The position numbers and the translations under genes are program-made. Below the pieces are notes generated by a model. That model was given only the letters and a program-made list of their open reading frames with translations. It was not told the DNA's origin and did not search any database. 64,000 nucleotides of DNA from the human T2T-CHM13v2.0 reference genome, Homo sapiens, in NCBI RefSeq assembly GCF_009914755.1, contig NC_060935.1. One strand, written 5' to 3'. Position 1 is the stretch's first letter. Every line of letters begins with the position of its first letter. This document shows positions 1 through 14,940 of the stretch, in pieces.

Positions 1-1678
1 TGAATCTCTACCTTTTTCCCTTTGGACTGTTCTTGAATCACTACCTTGTTGATAGTTCTTTCAGCAAGGTCTCTGCCCTCCACAACCAACTGCCAAAGAA
101 AGGGCCCTTGTCTCACCTGATTACCTTATCCCCTCTAAATATGCTAGCCACACCTGGTGGTTTTCAAAGCAATCAGACCTAGACCTGTCCCAGTCTTCCT
201 CTCCTCAGGTACTTTTCTCTGGAAAGTTAAGATTCTGCTGGGTTAGGAATGCAGGTGGTGACTGGACTCTAGTGAGGACCTAAGGTTTAGCATAACCTTG
301 GAAAACAGTTCCCAAAAGGGTCGTATCTCAGCTGCTCAGGGACTGCCATGTCCGCCTGACTGTTCATATACTCTCCCAAAGCACTCAGAGAAACTTATGT
401 TCCAACCATAGATTATATTTTATTTGATAGAATCCATGTCTTATTTTATTTTCATGATTTATTTTTAACCAAACCATGAAAAAGATAAAGCACTTCTTAG
501 CTTGCTTTTCTGTTAAAAGGTCTATCTACAATATAATTATATTTCCTCAGTCTACTTCAAAAAAGCCAATGTCTGTCACAAAATTAAATAAATCTGGATG
601 CTCCTAACATTATAATTTTCCATTTTGCTTGTACCAAGTAAAAAGAATGCTGCCTTCTTTTACTTCTAGAATAAAAAGCAGCAAACTTGCAACTTCAAAT
701 CCACAAGCTTATTAAAAAAATTTGTTCTCTGGTAGTTGTGCAATAAATTTGAAAACACAACACTCTGACTGTCAAGTAGGTATAGATAATGACATTAAAT
801 ATGAATAAGCACTTCATTTCATGAATGCAAGATGAGTTTATAAAATACAAATGCTCCGACAGTAAGAAAACATACTGCTATATTCAATTATATCATCTAC
901 CCAAAATACAATTGCTTCTATGTTTGGTAAATAGATTAAATCCAGGTCACATTCCTGCATTCAACTGAGTTTCTAGTCACTCCCTTTTCTCTAAATACTT
1001 GCGCTCTTTGTTTCTGCATGTTCTTAAGTGTCATCATTTATTGCTATAGGCATGATGGCTATATTTAACTAATAATGACAGTGGTTGTCATTAGATTTTA
1101 ACTCAGTAACACTAGTCTGACATATCATTTGAAGTATGTCTTCAATTTACATTTGATTAAAATTACAAACATCCCATCTATTGTGCCAATCAAAATGTTG
1201 TCACCCTTTCCCTGAACTTTTCTATGAACTTTCTTTAAATAAGTTATGGCAGCTTAAAGTTAAGACTAGCCCTGGGTCACGAACATATTTTAAAATACAA
1301 CTTTTGGAACGGAGCAGACTAAGGCCACTTGGGGGTCCTTTTATAAAAGGCCTTGATTTTGACCTACACCCTAGATATTGAGAGTTCAAAGCCTTTAACT
1401 CACATTCCCATATCATGCTGTATACATAACTACTTGGCAGGTATTTTAATTTGGTTGTATTTATTTCAAGATCTCAGACCTAGCAAATACCTTTGTTAGT
1501 AAAGTCAGATACGTGTGACAACTTGTATGAAAAGCTTGTGGAAACATACCTAGAGAGGATGGAGCAAAAGAAGGAAAATAAATAAGGGCAGGTAGAAAAA
1601 TAACATTTCAGGTAACTATCATATGCCAGGTTTTTATATCATCTTCTTTACTTCCCATAATACATCTGTGGGATGTAA

Positions 1679-1991
<313 letters not shown>

Positions 1992-4900
1992 TAAACTATT
2001 ATGCTCAATTTATGGATGAAGAAACTTAGGCTTAGCGAGATTAAGTGACTGGCCCAGGTACACACTCTAGTTTGCTTTCCTGGCAGTGATGAAGAAAGTA
2101 GAAACAAATTTTGTTGTTGTTGTTATTTTCCTGAGCCCAGCCAGCTATTCTAGAAAGGTAAAAGTGGACACAAGGTTCTGACTAACTTCAAGTCTTAGTT
2201 ATGTTTATAAGATGGTATTCTCAGTTTTCTGTTTAGACCAGGGGCTTATAGACACTTAATTTTCAAATGATTTATCTTTATTAGAAATATCCAATAGGCA
2301 TTTAAAGTATTACTTCATCTATATTACAGATAAGGACACTGAAGTGCAGACCAGTTTGCCCAAGACCAGACACAGGGACTAGAATCTTGCAACATCAGCT
2401 GACTTCGAGTCTAGTGTCCTTTAAAATAAACAATAATGCATTTCTCACAACTCTCCTAACAAGATATCTAAAGCCTTCAAAAGTGAAAAGTTCAAAAAGC
2501 AAACCACTCTGAAAGAATAACTATAGAATATATAAATGAATTCTCAGGTAAAGTAACAAGCAGCATAGGCAGACAACTAAGTGATTTGATTTAAAGGTAA
2601 CTGTTTCATTTTCGATTTTGTAAATGCATTCAAGTTAACAGGACAGTATAGGTTTGCAAGCATCTATACAGTAAACAAATGTAGTCTCTGTGTATGAATA
2701 TAATTCAACATTTTATGGTTATGTCAAGAATTTAGGTGTTTTTCAATGATTTGGTATTTGACAATACAAAGAGATGCTGCCAGCCACACGCAGGCTATAG
2801 ATTTTCCTACTGACTAAGAACACTTTTTTGGTCCATCTCTTATAATTGTCTTCAAATCCACACCTATTTTATATACCAAGGATATTCTATTCTTTTATTT
2901 ACAGATTTAAAACTTTGGAATAGAAAATACATAAAATATTTTCCTATAGTTTTACCCTCACTTATAGAAATAGAAGAATCATATGCTGTCTGAGAAGAAA
3001 ATGTTTTTTTTTCACCACATAATGCCATCTTCCTCCTTTTGAATATATATAGAAAAGTGGAAGTTAAAATGTACAAACAATCTAACCTAATAAATACACT
3101 ATTCAAACCAAAAGATAAAAGGGAATTTGGGAAAGCCAGTCCCAACTACCTTAGCTGATTGAATTAAGTAGTGGTTGCCCTGTAGGTGAACACCACAAAG
3201 GCTGGTATCTGTTTTGGCAAGACTAAAGCAGCCATTGGTGTAGGCAGCACTATAGCGTTCTGTCTTGAGATCTAGCAGCAGAAATATTAAGGTATGATGT
3301 GATGTGAGTAGTGGGTCACCTATTGAAATTTGTGCTTTTAACATAACAATTTAAAAATCAACAAATTCAGTAGACATATAATGGAAGAGAATATAATGCA
3401 TGAATCCAGGTTCATTAAATGAATGCATTTTTTGAAAAACAAAATATGACAGAACATTTCATTATGGACGCAGATATGAGAAAAAGTGTTATGCTGCTAT
3501 TTAGAATGTGTCTTGTGTGTCGTGGAATTGAAATATTTCCAAATCATCAATAATTAAAATGATGAGAATCCATCATTTCACTGACACTTCTACATGAAAA
3601 GATGGCCTATTTTAAATGTGCTCACACATATTCTTGTCAATCACAAGCTGTCATAGCAAATTATTTCATTTTGTAGATCACATGGCAGTTACTAGAAAAT
3701 CTCTAGGCTTAAATTTAGATCTTAGGTGTAGTATCAAGAACTCCTTTCATGCATTTTTTTCTGTGACTACGTCTTCACAATATTGGATCTAAAAGATTTA
3801 AAATCTTATTCATAATACCAAGTTTCACTTCTGGTTAACAAAACTCAGGACTGAAATGAATCACTGTAAATGATAATTCTGAAAGCCCAGTAATAGAATA
3901 GGATATACAGGAGAGAGTAGAAATATTCAACCAAAAAGTTTTAAAGACAATCAGAACTCCATACAACAGAACTTGGACCTAACGAATTAGGTCTAAATAG
4001 TGTTTTCTCCTCATCTTATTTAAGATATTCAGGCAATCACAGGGCACGAACCATTTATTATGCTATGTTTGCATTACTTACATACAGCTCCTAGCAGTTA
4101 TAAAGGAACTGAACTCTTATAAACCCCATGGATCTGATCCAAGAATTTTCACTGTGTCACAATTAAGCAGAAGATTTAGGAAACTGTGAATAAAACCTAA
4201 ACCACATGGCCATGAATCAGAAAACTTAATATGCCTTTTCAAACAATTCATTAACTACCTATTCATAATTTCAATGAATTATTAATAAATGTCAGAAACT
4301 TTAAATGCCAGAAGTATAATACCTAATAAGGCAACATTATCAACAGTATTTATATAAAATATTTCTATTTTCCTGATCTTTTCCATACACAATTAATATT
4401 TATGATTAAATATTCAACTTTAAAATGTAAGAATTATTCTAATACTGCATTTCAACAAGGAATGCTTCATGTCAGTCTTGACCTTGGCCTGACCTCCGTA
4501 TGAAAGCTTTGTGTTTCAAGGTATGTGATGAATAGCTCTCCGGCTTTCTATTAGATCCAATGCCACTGGTTGTCAACAGTGATGCTCAAAAGGCGTAGTA
4601 AAATAGTTAAAATATCAGAGATGTTCTATAGGATTTTTTCTGTCTTAGTAAATCTGGAAATCGTTCTTAGGCAATTTTCTCCATCTACACTGCTTTTCCA
4701 ATGAATAAGGAAAACCACTGAAGTATAGATATATAATTGCCAAAATATATACTGGCTTGTTTGGCCTTCCAATGCCAGAAATAAAATAAGATCCATTTGA
4801 TTTATGTTGTAAAATAGTATTCTCAGTTTGAAGGATTCATAACTTATCTACTCAGTTTAAGTTCCTTAAAGGCCAGGACTTCTATCCCTATGCTGGGGCA

Positions 4901-7444
4901 CACATAGTAGGTACTCAATAAAAATGTGTTGATTTAAATTTTGATTTAATTGCATTAAATTGAATTTAAATTAGAGATGAAAGAATAATGATAAAAAAGA
5001 AATCAGACTATGAACCACAGCTTTTATCTTTCTCTGACCTGGCCTAGTATCTAGCATATATAGACTCTCAATAAATGTTTGTTGAATGAATAAAAGTCTG
5101 TAAATTAAAACAATGACCAGTTATCAATTGTATATAAAATACTTATGCTCATTTAGAAAGATACATCATTAACACTTAATTCTGCCAATTGATTTCCCCT
5201 ATTTACCTTTAGCATGTTCAATTATCCAACTTCTGATCATGTCTCTTTAAGTTTATCTACCACTTTCAAAGTTATTCACACGTTTTTATTTTAATGGTAC
5301 ACTTGTGGCTAGTTGGAAAATTATCGATTTATCTGTAAAACAGATGACAGAAAGGTAATCTTCAAGCTGATTTTGGTGGTTTGAAAAAGTGTATGTGAAT
5401 ATGTGAGTGATATGTAATATATCACTCACATCAAGTTAAATATTATCTTTCATATATAAATGTATATATGTTTACATTTATATTCTTAACATTCTGAAAG
5501 AAACCAAATATCATTGTTTAAGCTTATCTATAAGCTCAACTTAGATGAATGGCTTTTCCCCATTATACTTATCCTAACTCTTTTTAATGGACATGTGATA
5601 TGCTAGTCTGTGTCCAAGCTCACCTACAATTTCTTTTCTCAAAAGACAAGGCACATCTGCCACCTGCTCTACTCCGTGTCCCAGCAACAACTGTCGAGCA
5701 GCATAAAGATTGATTATCAGTCAAAAACCATTGCACAACACCAGATTTTGGTGGGTTAAGCTTGCTGATCCAGCAAGAGATGGTGTGAAATTTTCAGGAA
5801 TGTGTGCCAACATTTTGGTGCTAAAAGAACAGCAGTGCATGTCACAGTGAAACACAGCCAAAGATACGCAGACAAAGCAGAGAAGTTTTTTGTTCTGGAC
5901 TTGGCTTTTGAAAAGGATAAAAGAGAAAACAAAAAGTAGGAGGAAATTAGTTAGTACATTTAAAAATCATCCACCAAGCTCAGTCATGTGTGTGACATTA
6001 TTATTTCAGGCATACATGTCCAGGAGATTTTCTTCTTAGCTTAGCTATAAATAATTTTTATATGTCTCTTCTACAATACCATTATTCATATGAAAGGCAA
6101 GCATTTCTTATTAATAACAATAATCAAGGATCTTAATGAAGCAATCATTACAAATATATCTGAATTTTTTAAAGTCACAGAAAAGTATTTGCCCACTACG
6201 ACCCATGTTTTTATATAAGCAAATGATTCAATGAATATAAAATTAAGGCAGCCAGCCATATTTTAAACTTAAAGCAAAATGTGAAAAATATATGAGTCTA
6301 CACTATCACATAGGTAATTTTCAATGACCATTATAGCAACAAGTTTCTTTACAAGAATGAAATTTTCTTAAATTTTCTATTGAATTCAAGAAATTGCTTA
6401 TTTCCTGAAGATCAAGTATTATATAAAAGAGAAATCCTAGCACAACTTTATACAATAACATTAACAGAAGGGAGATTTTTATCACCTCATCTGTAATGAA
6501 CTCCAGAATTACTTTTCTTCTACTTATGCAATTACTGCCTAGACTTGCCTTTGATTCACTAGCTTTATAGAAGTTGCAGAAAAAAATTACTTCTAATAAA
6601 GTATAAAAAGCATAAGAAAGTACAGCAGTTAGACACACTGAATTTTTATGGCAAAGTCCTTATTCCTGTTATTTAAATCCAATTATCATACATAGCACTA
6701 GATACCAAACTCTGGGTACAACATGCTTGGAAGAATATTCTTAGATAGTAGTGCTTTTATTTCTCCCTTAAAATGTATTCTTTTCCACTGAGGAAAGAAA
6801 AATGTTATTTTTTTAAATTTTAGAAAATCTCCACATTTCTGAAATGTTGGAAGAAATGAACTTTTTGGAAAACCTTAATTGAAAATATGTGTAGGATTAT
6901 ATTATACATTTTAAGGTTAAAAAATAATCAAGCTGGAACATTTCTTATGAAATACGTTATTAGGAGAATCATATGTATATAAGAAATGTATGTTCATTAT
7001 TGGCCACATTTTCATAATTATGTTGATACTATCTTAAAAAAGACCAAGAGTGTAAATGAATAAATGATACTTAAAACTTTGAACTATTTTCTGAGAGGAT
7101 AAGTCTAATGAATTATGTCTGTTGAGTGTCACAGAAACTAAACAGTAAATTCAATAATCTCTGATTTAATTTATTATATTTTCACCATTTAACCTCCTGC
7201 AGGCTCCCTAATGTCTATTCAGATCTATATTAAATTAAGCACCAATGCTAATGAAGGGCAATAAACGTGGCTGTCAGTGGATTTTTCTTTCATTAAGCAC
7301 ATTATCCTCTTACTGAGCTGTAAATGCGTAAACATTAGTTTTGTTAAACCATGCAAAAAAGACAGGATGAAAATCATTTTTTAATTGCACCCCTTAAGCA
7401 ATTCAGTATGTGTGGGGGTAGGGTATTTTTTAGATCTTTTTTAC

Positions 7445-7607
7445 CTTTAATTTTTTTGAATGGATTTAAAAAGGGCTCTCCCGTTGAAACATAAACATCG
7501 GCTTCATGGGGTATATCTTCAGGTTCGAGGGCTTCCTTGCCGTCTGCCAAGAACACTCGTCTTGCGGCCATGTTCAGATTCAGCTTTTCTGTGCACTCTT
7601 CCAGCAG
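7445..7607 (-). CDS. DCDC1: DCDC1 coding exon (LLEECTEKLNLNMAARRVFLADGKEALEPEDIPHEADVYVSTGEPFLNPFKKIK), doublecortin domain, 163 nt
   Basis: Acceptor gctttcttctag|CTGCTG, donor G|gtaaaa. ARRVF..DG...YVSTGEPF is the DCX-domain signature. The gene continues beyond the left edge of the window. Confidence 0.94.
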
Positions 7608-8061
7608 CTAGAAGAAAGCAAGAGGTAAGTCAAAGTGATTTACTACAAAGAAAGTAATATATTTCCCTCAAAACAAAAGGTTCTAATGATCAAAATAGAA
7701 ACCCAATTGAGTCACTTGCCAATACAGTTATTTTCTAGCAGTTGAAAATATAGAAATAAAAGGTAAGTCACAGCATGAAGCATATCTAATTATTGACTAA
7801 ATTTAACATTTAAATGATCTGTCATTTTAATAACTCTACAAGGTATTGTAGAGTTTCATCTGTTTAAATACACTGTTTATATATTGAATTTTTTTAAAAA
7901 AGGAGAGGAGTGAAATTCCTATGAAATCTACGTATATATAAGCAATCGGTAGATTCAGATTCTCAAAAAGAAAATATTAACAATAATTTTCTCATTTTTT
8001 ATATTATAAAGAGAGTAAGGGAAAAAAAATAAAGCACAGAAAACTTTGGAACACTAGTTAC

Positions 8062-8218
8062 CAAGGTGATGGTTGGTACAGTAACTCTGGCAAAGACTGT
8101 TCTAGATCCATTTTTGTAAGCTGTTACTTTAATCACTCTTGGTTGAAGTTTGTGTCTTTGAGACAATTTCTGCCAATTCCGGGCTGACTGAAATTTTAAA
8201 GAAGAGAACTCTGCAACC
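8062..8218 (-). CDS. DCDC1: DCDC1 coding exon (VAEFSSLKFQSARNWQKLSQRHKLQPRVIKVTAYKNGSRTVFARVTVPTITL), start of doublecortin domain, 157 nt
   Basis: Acceptor ctttttcttcag|GGTTGCA, donor TTG|gtaact, phase 2 to 0. The KVTAYKNG motif is typical of a DCX-domain start. Confidence 0.93.
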
Positions 8219-9468
8219 CTGAAGAAAAAGAAAAACAGAAAAATTGATGCATGCTAATTAGTGAAAGCTTTTAAATAAATATTATCCTGGATTTTTTTAA
8301 ACAGATATAAGCACTAAAGATTGTTCCTATGTATATAAGTATACCTAACAAAACTTTTTATAGGATAAGATTGTTGTTACAGAGTAACACTCTCACTATT
8401 TAAATATTCAAAAAAATTTAAAACACAGTGTTTGCCAAAACTGCTCATATAAAACATATATATCAGAATAAATGATTCTTATCACTTTACTTATAAAACA
8501 CAACAGTCCTTTTAAAATATATATATATTATATGCAACTAAAAATTATATATATGAGATATGTTCTGATAGCAAAAAATAGTAATATGGTCTTAATATCA
8601 TGAAACAGCAAATGGCTAAGATTCTATCCAAGTTTTCAGGTTTATCAAAGTTCTTTAACTTTTTTAAAAAATGTTTAAAATTCAAAAATATTTGATTTTA
8701 AAATTTTGATTCCAAGGTTAATTGTATTGCTCTCATTTCAAACTGTTCGGAAGTGGTAACGGTGAAGATTTCTAAGTTTTGTCTTCAGGCAAAACTAATT
8801 TTGATATTTATGATTTTTCTCAGCAAAAGTATGTGGTAAACTGACTAACGTCAAATTTTCTTCATAATTCTCTAACTAACCAAGTTAATTTGTAATGCCA
8901 CAGAAGAAGAGTAAATATTTTAAAATAAAAATGTCACACAAATTAAAAACACAACATATCCACATATTCAAACATTTGAAAATAGTGGGGTATTAGTTTC
9001 TTGGTTTGATTTTTGTTTTTACTAATATTTTCTTCTGTCTATGAACTCTCATGTTAACAGTTTATGATAACAATTTGATGTGAAAACATATTTACAAAAT
9101 TGTTTTATAATAATTTCATTCAATTCAATTCTGTTTCAAACTATTGGTTAAATATCAAAAGAAAGCATTTTTATTTTTAAATAAGTTCGTGTGAGCAAAG
9201 ATATTTCATGATCCTAGCCTGATTCTGCTTCAAATATTCTTTTCAGAGTTTCTGATTGCCCGGGTTGAAGTGTATCTCATATTTCCCACAGTGTAATTAA
9301 CAACATTCTACTCTGGTGCTTTCAAAGAAAAAAACAAAAACAAAAACAAAACCCGAGAGATGTGTTACATTTTAATGTCTGAGATAGTCAATTGAAACAT
9401 TATAAACTCTGCTCAAAGGAAAGAACTTCAACAATAGGTTAAAAAGAACAGAGAACAGCTTTGATTAC

Positions 9469-9738
9469 CTCAGTTGACCCACTGGAGCACTGACAGGTCT
9501 GTTTCTCTTGGATGCTGATATAGAACAAGAATTGTTTTTACTGTTTGATTTGTAGCTATCTAGGTCTGATATTTCATCATGGCTGTGATCTGATGCTGTT
9601 TGATGTGTGGAGCAATCTTGAAGTCCTGACCCTTCTGATACTGCTGCTGAATGCACGAGTCTGTTGGGGCCAAACTGAGACTGCAAATAATCATCAGTAG
9701 TTTTAATAACTGCTTTTGCCTGGGATGACATAAACTCT
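9469..9738 (-). CDS. DCDC1: DCDC1 coding exon (REFMSSQAKAVIK...RPVSAPVGQLR), 270 nt
   Basis: Acceptor tttcttccag|AGAGTTTATG, donor AG|gtaatc, phase 2/2. Lies inside ORF-track ORF 9465..9857. Confidence 0.94.
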
Positions 9739-9779
9739 CTGGAAGAAACAATGCATGGAAGAATACAATTAATTGATTT

Positions 9780-10040
9780 GTAATCATTTATTAACAAATA
9801 CCATATAATAACGAGTTGTGTGCTATGTGCTACACAAAATACTACACACTTAGCCATTATTTTGTTTAATGCCTACAATATTCCTGGGAAGTGGTTATTA
9901 TTTTTATTCCCATTTTACAGATTTAAGAAATTGAGAATCAGTGAGGTTAATTAACTTGCCCACTGTCACATAATCAATAACTGACAGGATGGGAATTTGA
10001 ACCCAAGCCTGTCCTGAAATAAAATCCACATTCATAACCA
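9780..10040 (-). mobile_element. MIR SINE
   Basis: Core attcccattttacaga...gaggttaattaacttgccc...gggaatttgaaccc. Confidence 0.75.
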
Positions 10041-10344
10041 TTAAGCTTCATTGCTTTACTTAATTCAACCAAAAGGAAGCTTGCATAATGTTTAAAACAA
10101 TGTAAGTATAACTTTTAAATTCTTAGATCCACTTTATTTTCTAATACTTACTTAGCACTCTGCTGTTAAAAATATGTGGGTCCTACCCTCAAGAAACTTG
10201 CAAACAATCCCCCAATAGAGAATATATGTTAAATAAACTGAAACTGAGTGTGTATTAGCCTTAAAGATGAAAATAATTCATTGAAGGCCATTTTAGAATG
10301 GGTGGGAATAAAGTCGGTAAAGGCTTCACAGCAGACCTGAGATT

Positions 10345-10450
10345 AGCCTAACTCATCTCTGTTCAGGACTATCCTGGTTTTGGCACTGAGGGTCACACAT
10401 TCCAGGAACTCCCTCAGTCTCAGATAAACTGGGTCAGTTGGTCACCCTAC
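10345..10450. mobile_element. MER81-like hAT miniature DNA transposon
   Basis: Ends in agttggtcacccta terminal repeat; internal ggttttggcactga motif. Confidence 0.55.
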
Positions 10451-10967
10451 TGGTATTTAGGCTGGAAGAGTAGTATGTGGATGAACTATGATGTGTGAAC
10501 AGGGAACCACATGACCTGGAAGAATATATTAATCTATATAGACACCAAGTTGGGAAGATGAATAGGTATAGAATATACCGGTATGATAAAATAAAATAAG
10601 TTTTAATATATTTGCAAATATTGAGCTGTGTGGTGATCACACATAGAGGATAGTCAGGTTCCATGTATTACCATAATCGGAAGTATCTTTGCACAAACCA
10701 AATCTGCTTCTTTCCAATTTGCTCATTCCTCAATAGTTATTGCATAATATAACCCCCCCAAACACACCCCCAATTATAAATTAACATATGTTCAGTGTTG
10801 AAAGCTCAGCAGGGATTGCCCCTCCTCCAAATCTTTCACATCCACAAATGTCATTATAATCACAATTATTTCTTCCAGCCTGCCCTCTTTATGGTCACAA
10901 ACGAGTAAAATGGTCAATTATTTCCTCTGAAAAAATGAATGGTAGTCACACATCAGAGGGAAAATAG

Positions 10968-10968
<1 letters not shown>

Positions 10969-11004
<36 letters not shown>

Positions 11005-11005
11005 T
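10969..11005. repeat. (TG)n microsatellite
   Basis: Seen directly. Confidence 0.95.
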
Positions 11006-12135
11006 GAGCTCACACAGTGGACCCAGGGGAACTACACCTCTGGAATCCAAGCAGTTGTATTCTGCTGTTGTTGTTATCATCACATGTTTCTATCCAAGTC
11101 TGCCCTAGACTGAGTACAGTACTGGGGAGAGGAGCAGCCTTCCCTACACATTGGATATAACCAGGCTCAAAACTGTGGCAAACAACGCCTTGAAAGGGTC
11201 TTTGGACTAGCTCTGGCAAAAGTGGGACCTCCCTGCAGACCACCTAAGCCACTCAGATTTTGATAACGGTGGTGAGTGACGGCATGTGGCAGCAGTCATT
11301 TCAAACTGGCAGTGTTTCTGCAGCAATAGCAATGGAGCTTCACACGGTTACCAAGCTCTTCAACCTGGGGGAAGACCAGTAAACAGCCAGGGGAAAGAAT
11401 CACAGATTTCATAAACAGTTCCAAGTTTCCAATAAATAGTTACTTGAAGAGCAGATTCCCATATTTTTTTAAAAAAATGGAATTCCCTACTTAAAAGTAG
11501 AATAAGGTGTCTTTTTTAATGAATGTATTTTTTTCATTATGAAATATTCTTATAAATATACTAATGATTTTTAACATAACAATCCATTATTCTACCACCA
11601 CAAGGCAAAAGGTTTTTACTTTTTCATATTCTGAAGTTTTAATCATGTTATATCCTCAATTCTATTGCCTTCTGACTAAATACTGTTTTATAACCATTAT
11701 TCATGTTGCTCTATGCTCTGTATGGATTTTACTGGAATATAATATTTTATCAACTATATTGATATAGCCCTCTTCTACCTAGTTATGCATGGGCTGTCTA
11801 TCATTTTTGTTTGTCACACACATCTTCCCCATCTTCTGGTAACAGCACTTGCATTCTTTTGGGAATGCAAACTCTTCCCAACTCCACATGATCCTGATAG
11901 GGTTAGGACAAGAGATTATAGATTTACCCAGTGAATGGTAAAAATAATTAAATTTAAATATATGGTTCAACTATATATTTGTTTATTTATTACTTGGTTT
12001 TCTCTAGTAATTTATATCTGAAAGTGGGAGAAGGGGTAGTTTTTTATGTTAAAGAGTTAATATTATTGGTCCACTATGAATAGTCTTCAGCTTTGATATG
12101 TTTTACAACATTGAGGACAGGTTTTCAGTAATTCT

Positions 12136-12438
<303 letters not shown>

Positions 12439-14224
12439 TCAGTAGTTCTTACACACTCTCAAACTCATCTTTCTTATAACAATTGATAGGTGTTTCATAG
12501 CTTGTTAGGTGTTGGAAAGGATGATTACATACCCTTGCAAAGCCAACTTGTCCCACATGGGAATTAAACCCACATAGTCAGTTTGCTAAACTGGTGCTGG
12601 AATGAAGGGTGTTAGGTTCCTTCAGCTTTCCAGAAACAGAGAGGCACACTTAGGCTTCAAGTGATAAGGCTTATTATCAAGATACATAGAAAGTTATGAA
12701 AGTAAATAAAACCACTCCTGCAGGGCACAAAAATTGGAAGGCCATTCATGGCTGTCAAGGATACACTAGTGACTTAATTCTAGTAGACTCCATGCTTTTT
12801 GACTCAGCACCTCCTATCTCCTTCTGTGTCTACCTGCCTCTTCTTCATACATCATTATTGCCTGATTTACCTCTATCCTCCCCCTTTCCTCATGGCTTCT
12901 GCTAACTTCCTCTATGTGTCTCCTCATTTCTATGCTAAATTACTTTCTTCAGTCTCTGTCTATATGACTTACGTTCAAATTCCTCAAAGAGTTTAATTTC
13001 ATCACTACACAGGATAGGACACCCCTGTTGGGTAGAACTCTTATGTGAGGCAACCTCATGCTACTGGCAAGCCTGCATATGGGAAAGTACCTAGCAACGG
13101 CCCAGCTGGAGATAGGACAGCAGGATGCACAATGGAGGTACACAGGAGGTAGGGTAATATGGGCTGTCAGTGCCTTCCAAACAGGGAAAATATAATTGGG
13201 TGGGGACTTGCATGGCCTGTCTGGCACACTAAGATGAGCAGAGACACTATATATTGATTGATTTTTAAAGTATTCACTAAAATACATCATACAATTTAAA
13301 TTTCTGTCAGAAGTGTTTAAATGTAACAACTGCTGAAACACTGCTCTGATTCTTTTGATTATTTTAATATTAGTTTTTCACTTCTAATCACAGAGGAATA
13401 TAAGAATACAGTGCCATGATTGCAGGCCCAGTCTCTGGACCATCTGGCCCAACAGTCTATGTCAATGTTGGCCCAAAGAGATGTGGATCAAAAGGAAGGA
13501 TTGTGCTCCTCGACAATCCTAAAGATGCCAATCTTGAGGGTGAAGAATTTAACACAAACAACTGCCAGCATGATAACCTGATCATCATAATACAGGAATT
13601 TATTACTCCCTCAAAATCCTCCCCATTTATTTCTGAGAGTCCTCAAAGTGGTACATTATAAATTTCTGAAAGTATCTCCTATGTCCCTATAAAAATATGT
13701 TGGTAAGAGTCACAGCTGTTTCCACTCTCTTCTCTCACTGCCTCTCTGCTGCCACGACCAGTCACAAGAACAATGAGGTCCATGCCAAGGTACTACCTCA
13801 GAGTGTTCCCAAAGATTCTAGTGCTTGGGGCCAGAAGAATCTAGTATAGGGATGATGAAAAGAGACACCTCTCCAACCCTGTCCTATTAAGTCACCGAAA
13901 CTCTGAAGCAGCTCAACTTGTGGGTAGAGCCCTAAGGAGTCTTCTCTCAACAGTTCCATCAGCTTTTGGTCCTTACTTGCCCAATTATAGGGACTCTCAT
14001 CCAGGCTAGGCAAGGTATAAATCATATATCATGCCCTCCATATTGACAATGATAGTAACAATACTAATAGCTAATGCCTACATAGCATTTATGTCAGACA
14101 CTGTTCTAAGCATTTTATATATATTTATAATTTAATCCTCACAACAGCCCTGTATTATTATTCCCCTTTTCCAGATGAGTAAACCAAGGGCTTACGGTAT
14201 TTGAACTTATGTCTACAATCTTGC

Positions 14225-14940
14225 TGTGATGATTAATTTTATGTATCAACTTGACTAGGCAACAGGATGCCCAGATATCTGAGGAAACATTATTTCTGGG
14301 TGTGTCTGTGAGGATGTTTCCAGAAGAGATTAGCATTTGAACTGGTGGACCAAGTAAAGCAGATGGCCCTCCCCAGGGCAGGTGGGCATCATTCAATCTG
14401 TTGAGGGCCTGATTAGACCGAAAAGGCAAAGAAGGTTGGAATCTGGCTTCCTCTGCCTTACTGCTTCAGCTAGGACATTAATCTTCCCTGTTCTGGTCAC
14501 TCTTGTTTCTCAGGCCTTCAGACTCAGATTGGAAACTACAGCAATGGCCCTCTGTCTCTCAGGCCTTTGAACCACACCACTGGTTTTCCTGGGTCTCCAG
14601 CTTGTAAATGACTAATCATGAGACTTCACAGCCTCCATAATCGGGTGAGCCAACACCTTATCCTATGTACATATATAATATATAAACAAAATATGCAGTA
14701 TATAGGCTGGACATGGGTGGCTTATGCCTGTAATCCCAGCACTTTGGGAGGCTGAGGTGGGAGGATTGCTGAAACAGGGAGTTCAAGATCAGCCTGGGCA
14801 ACAGAGCAAGACCTCGTCTCTAAAAAAAATTACAAAAAATTTTAAAGTCAAATAAAATATTTATTTTTAAAGTATAAATTTAAAAATAAAATAAAATATT
14901 AAAACCTACTGGTTCTGTTTCTCTGGAGAACCCTAATATA
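14225..14940 (+). mobile_element. MLT2 (ERVL) solo LTR with nested FLAM/Alu monomer at about 14705-14830
   Basis: tgtgatg.ttaattttatg start, ggttctgtttctctggagaaccct end; 5-bp TSD cttgc/tttgc. Confidence 0.8.

Noticed and set aside
9739-9857. N-terminal part of ORF 9465..9857 as a single-exon gene
   Set aside because: Upstream of the acceptor at 9739 the frame runs into intron/MIR sequence; only 9469-9738 fits DCDC1.
11010-11400. GC-richer block after the (TG)n repeat as a hidden exon or pseudogene
   Set aside because: The frames I translated close early or resemble nothing I recognise; no convincing splice pair.
12580-13240. Possible ancient LTR element
   Set aside because: LTR-like composition, but I could not assign a family or ends with confidence.
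13416-13661. 81-aa plus-strand ORF (MIAGPVSGPSG...) as a gene or processed pseudogene
   Set aside because: No recognisable family, poly(A) tail or TSD; length compatible with chance. A BLASTX search would settle it.
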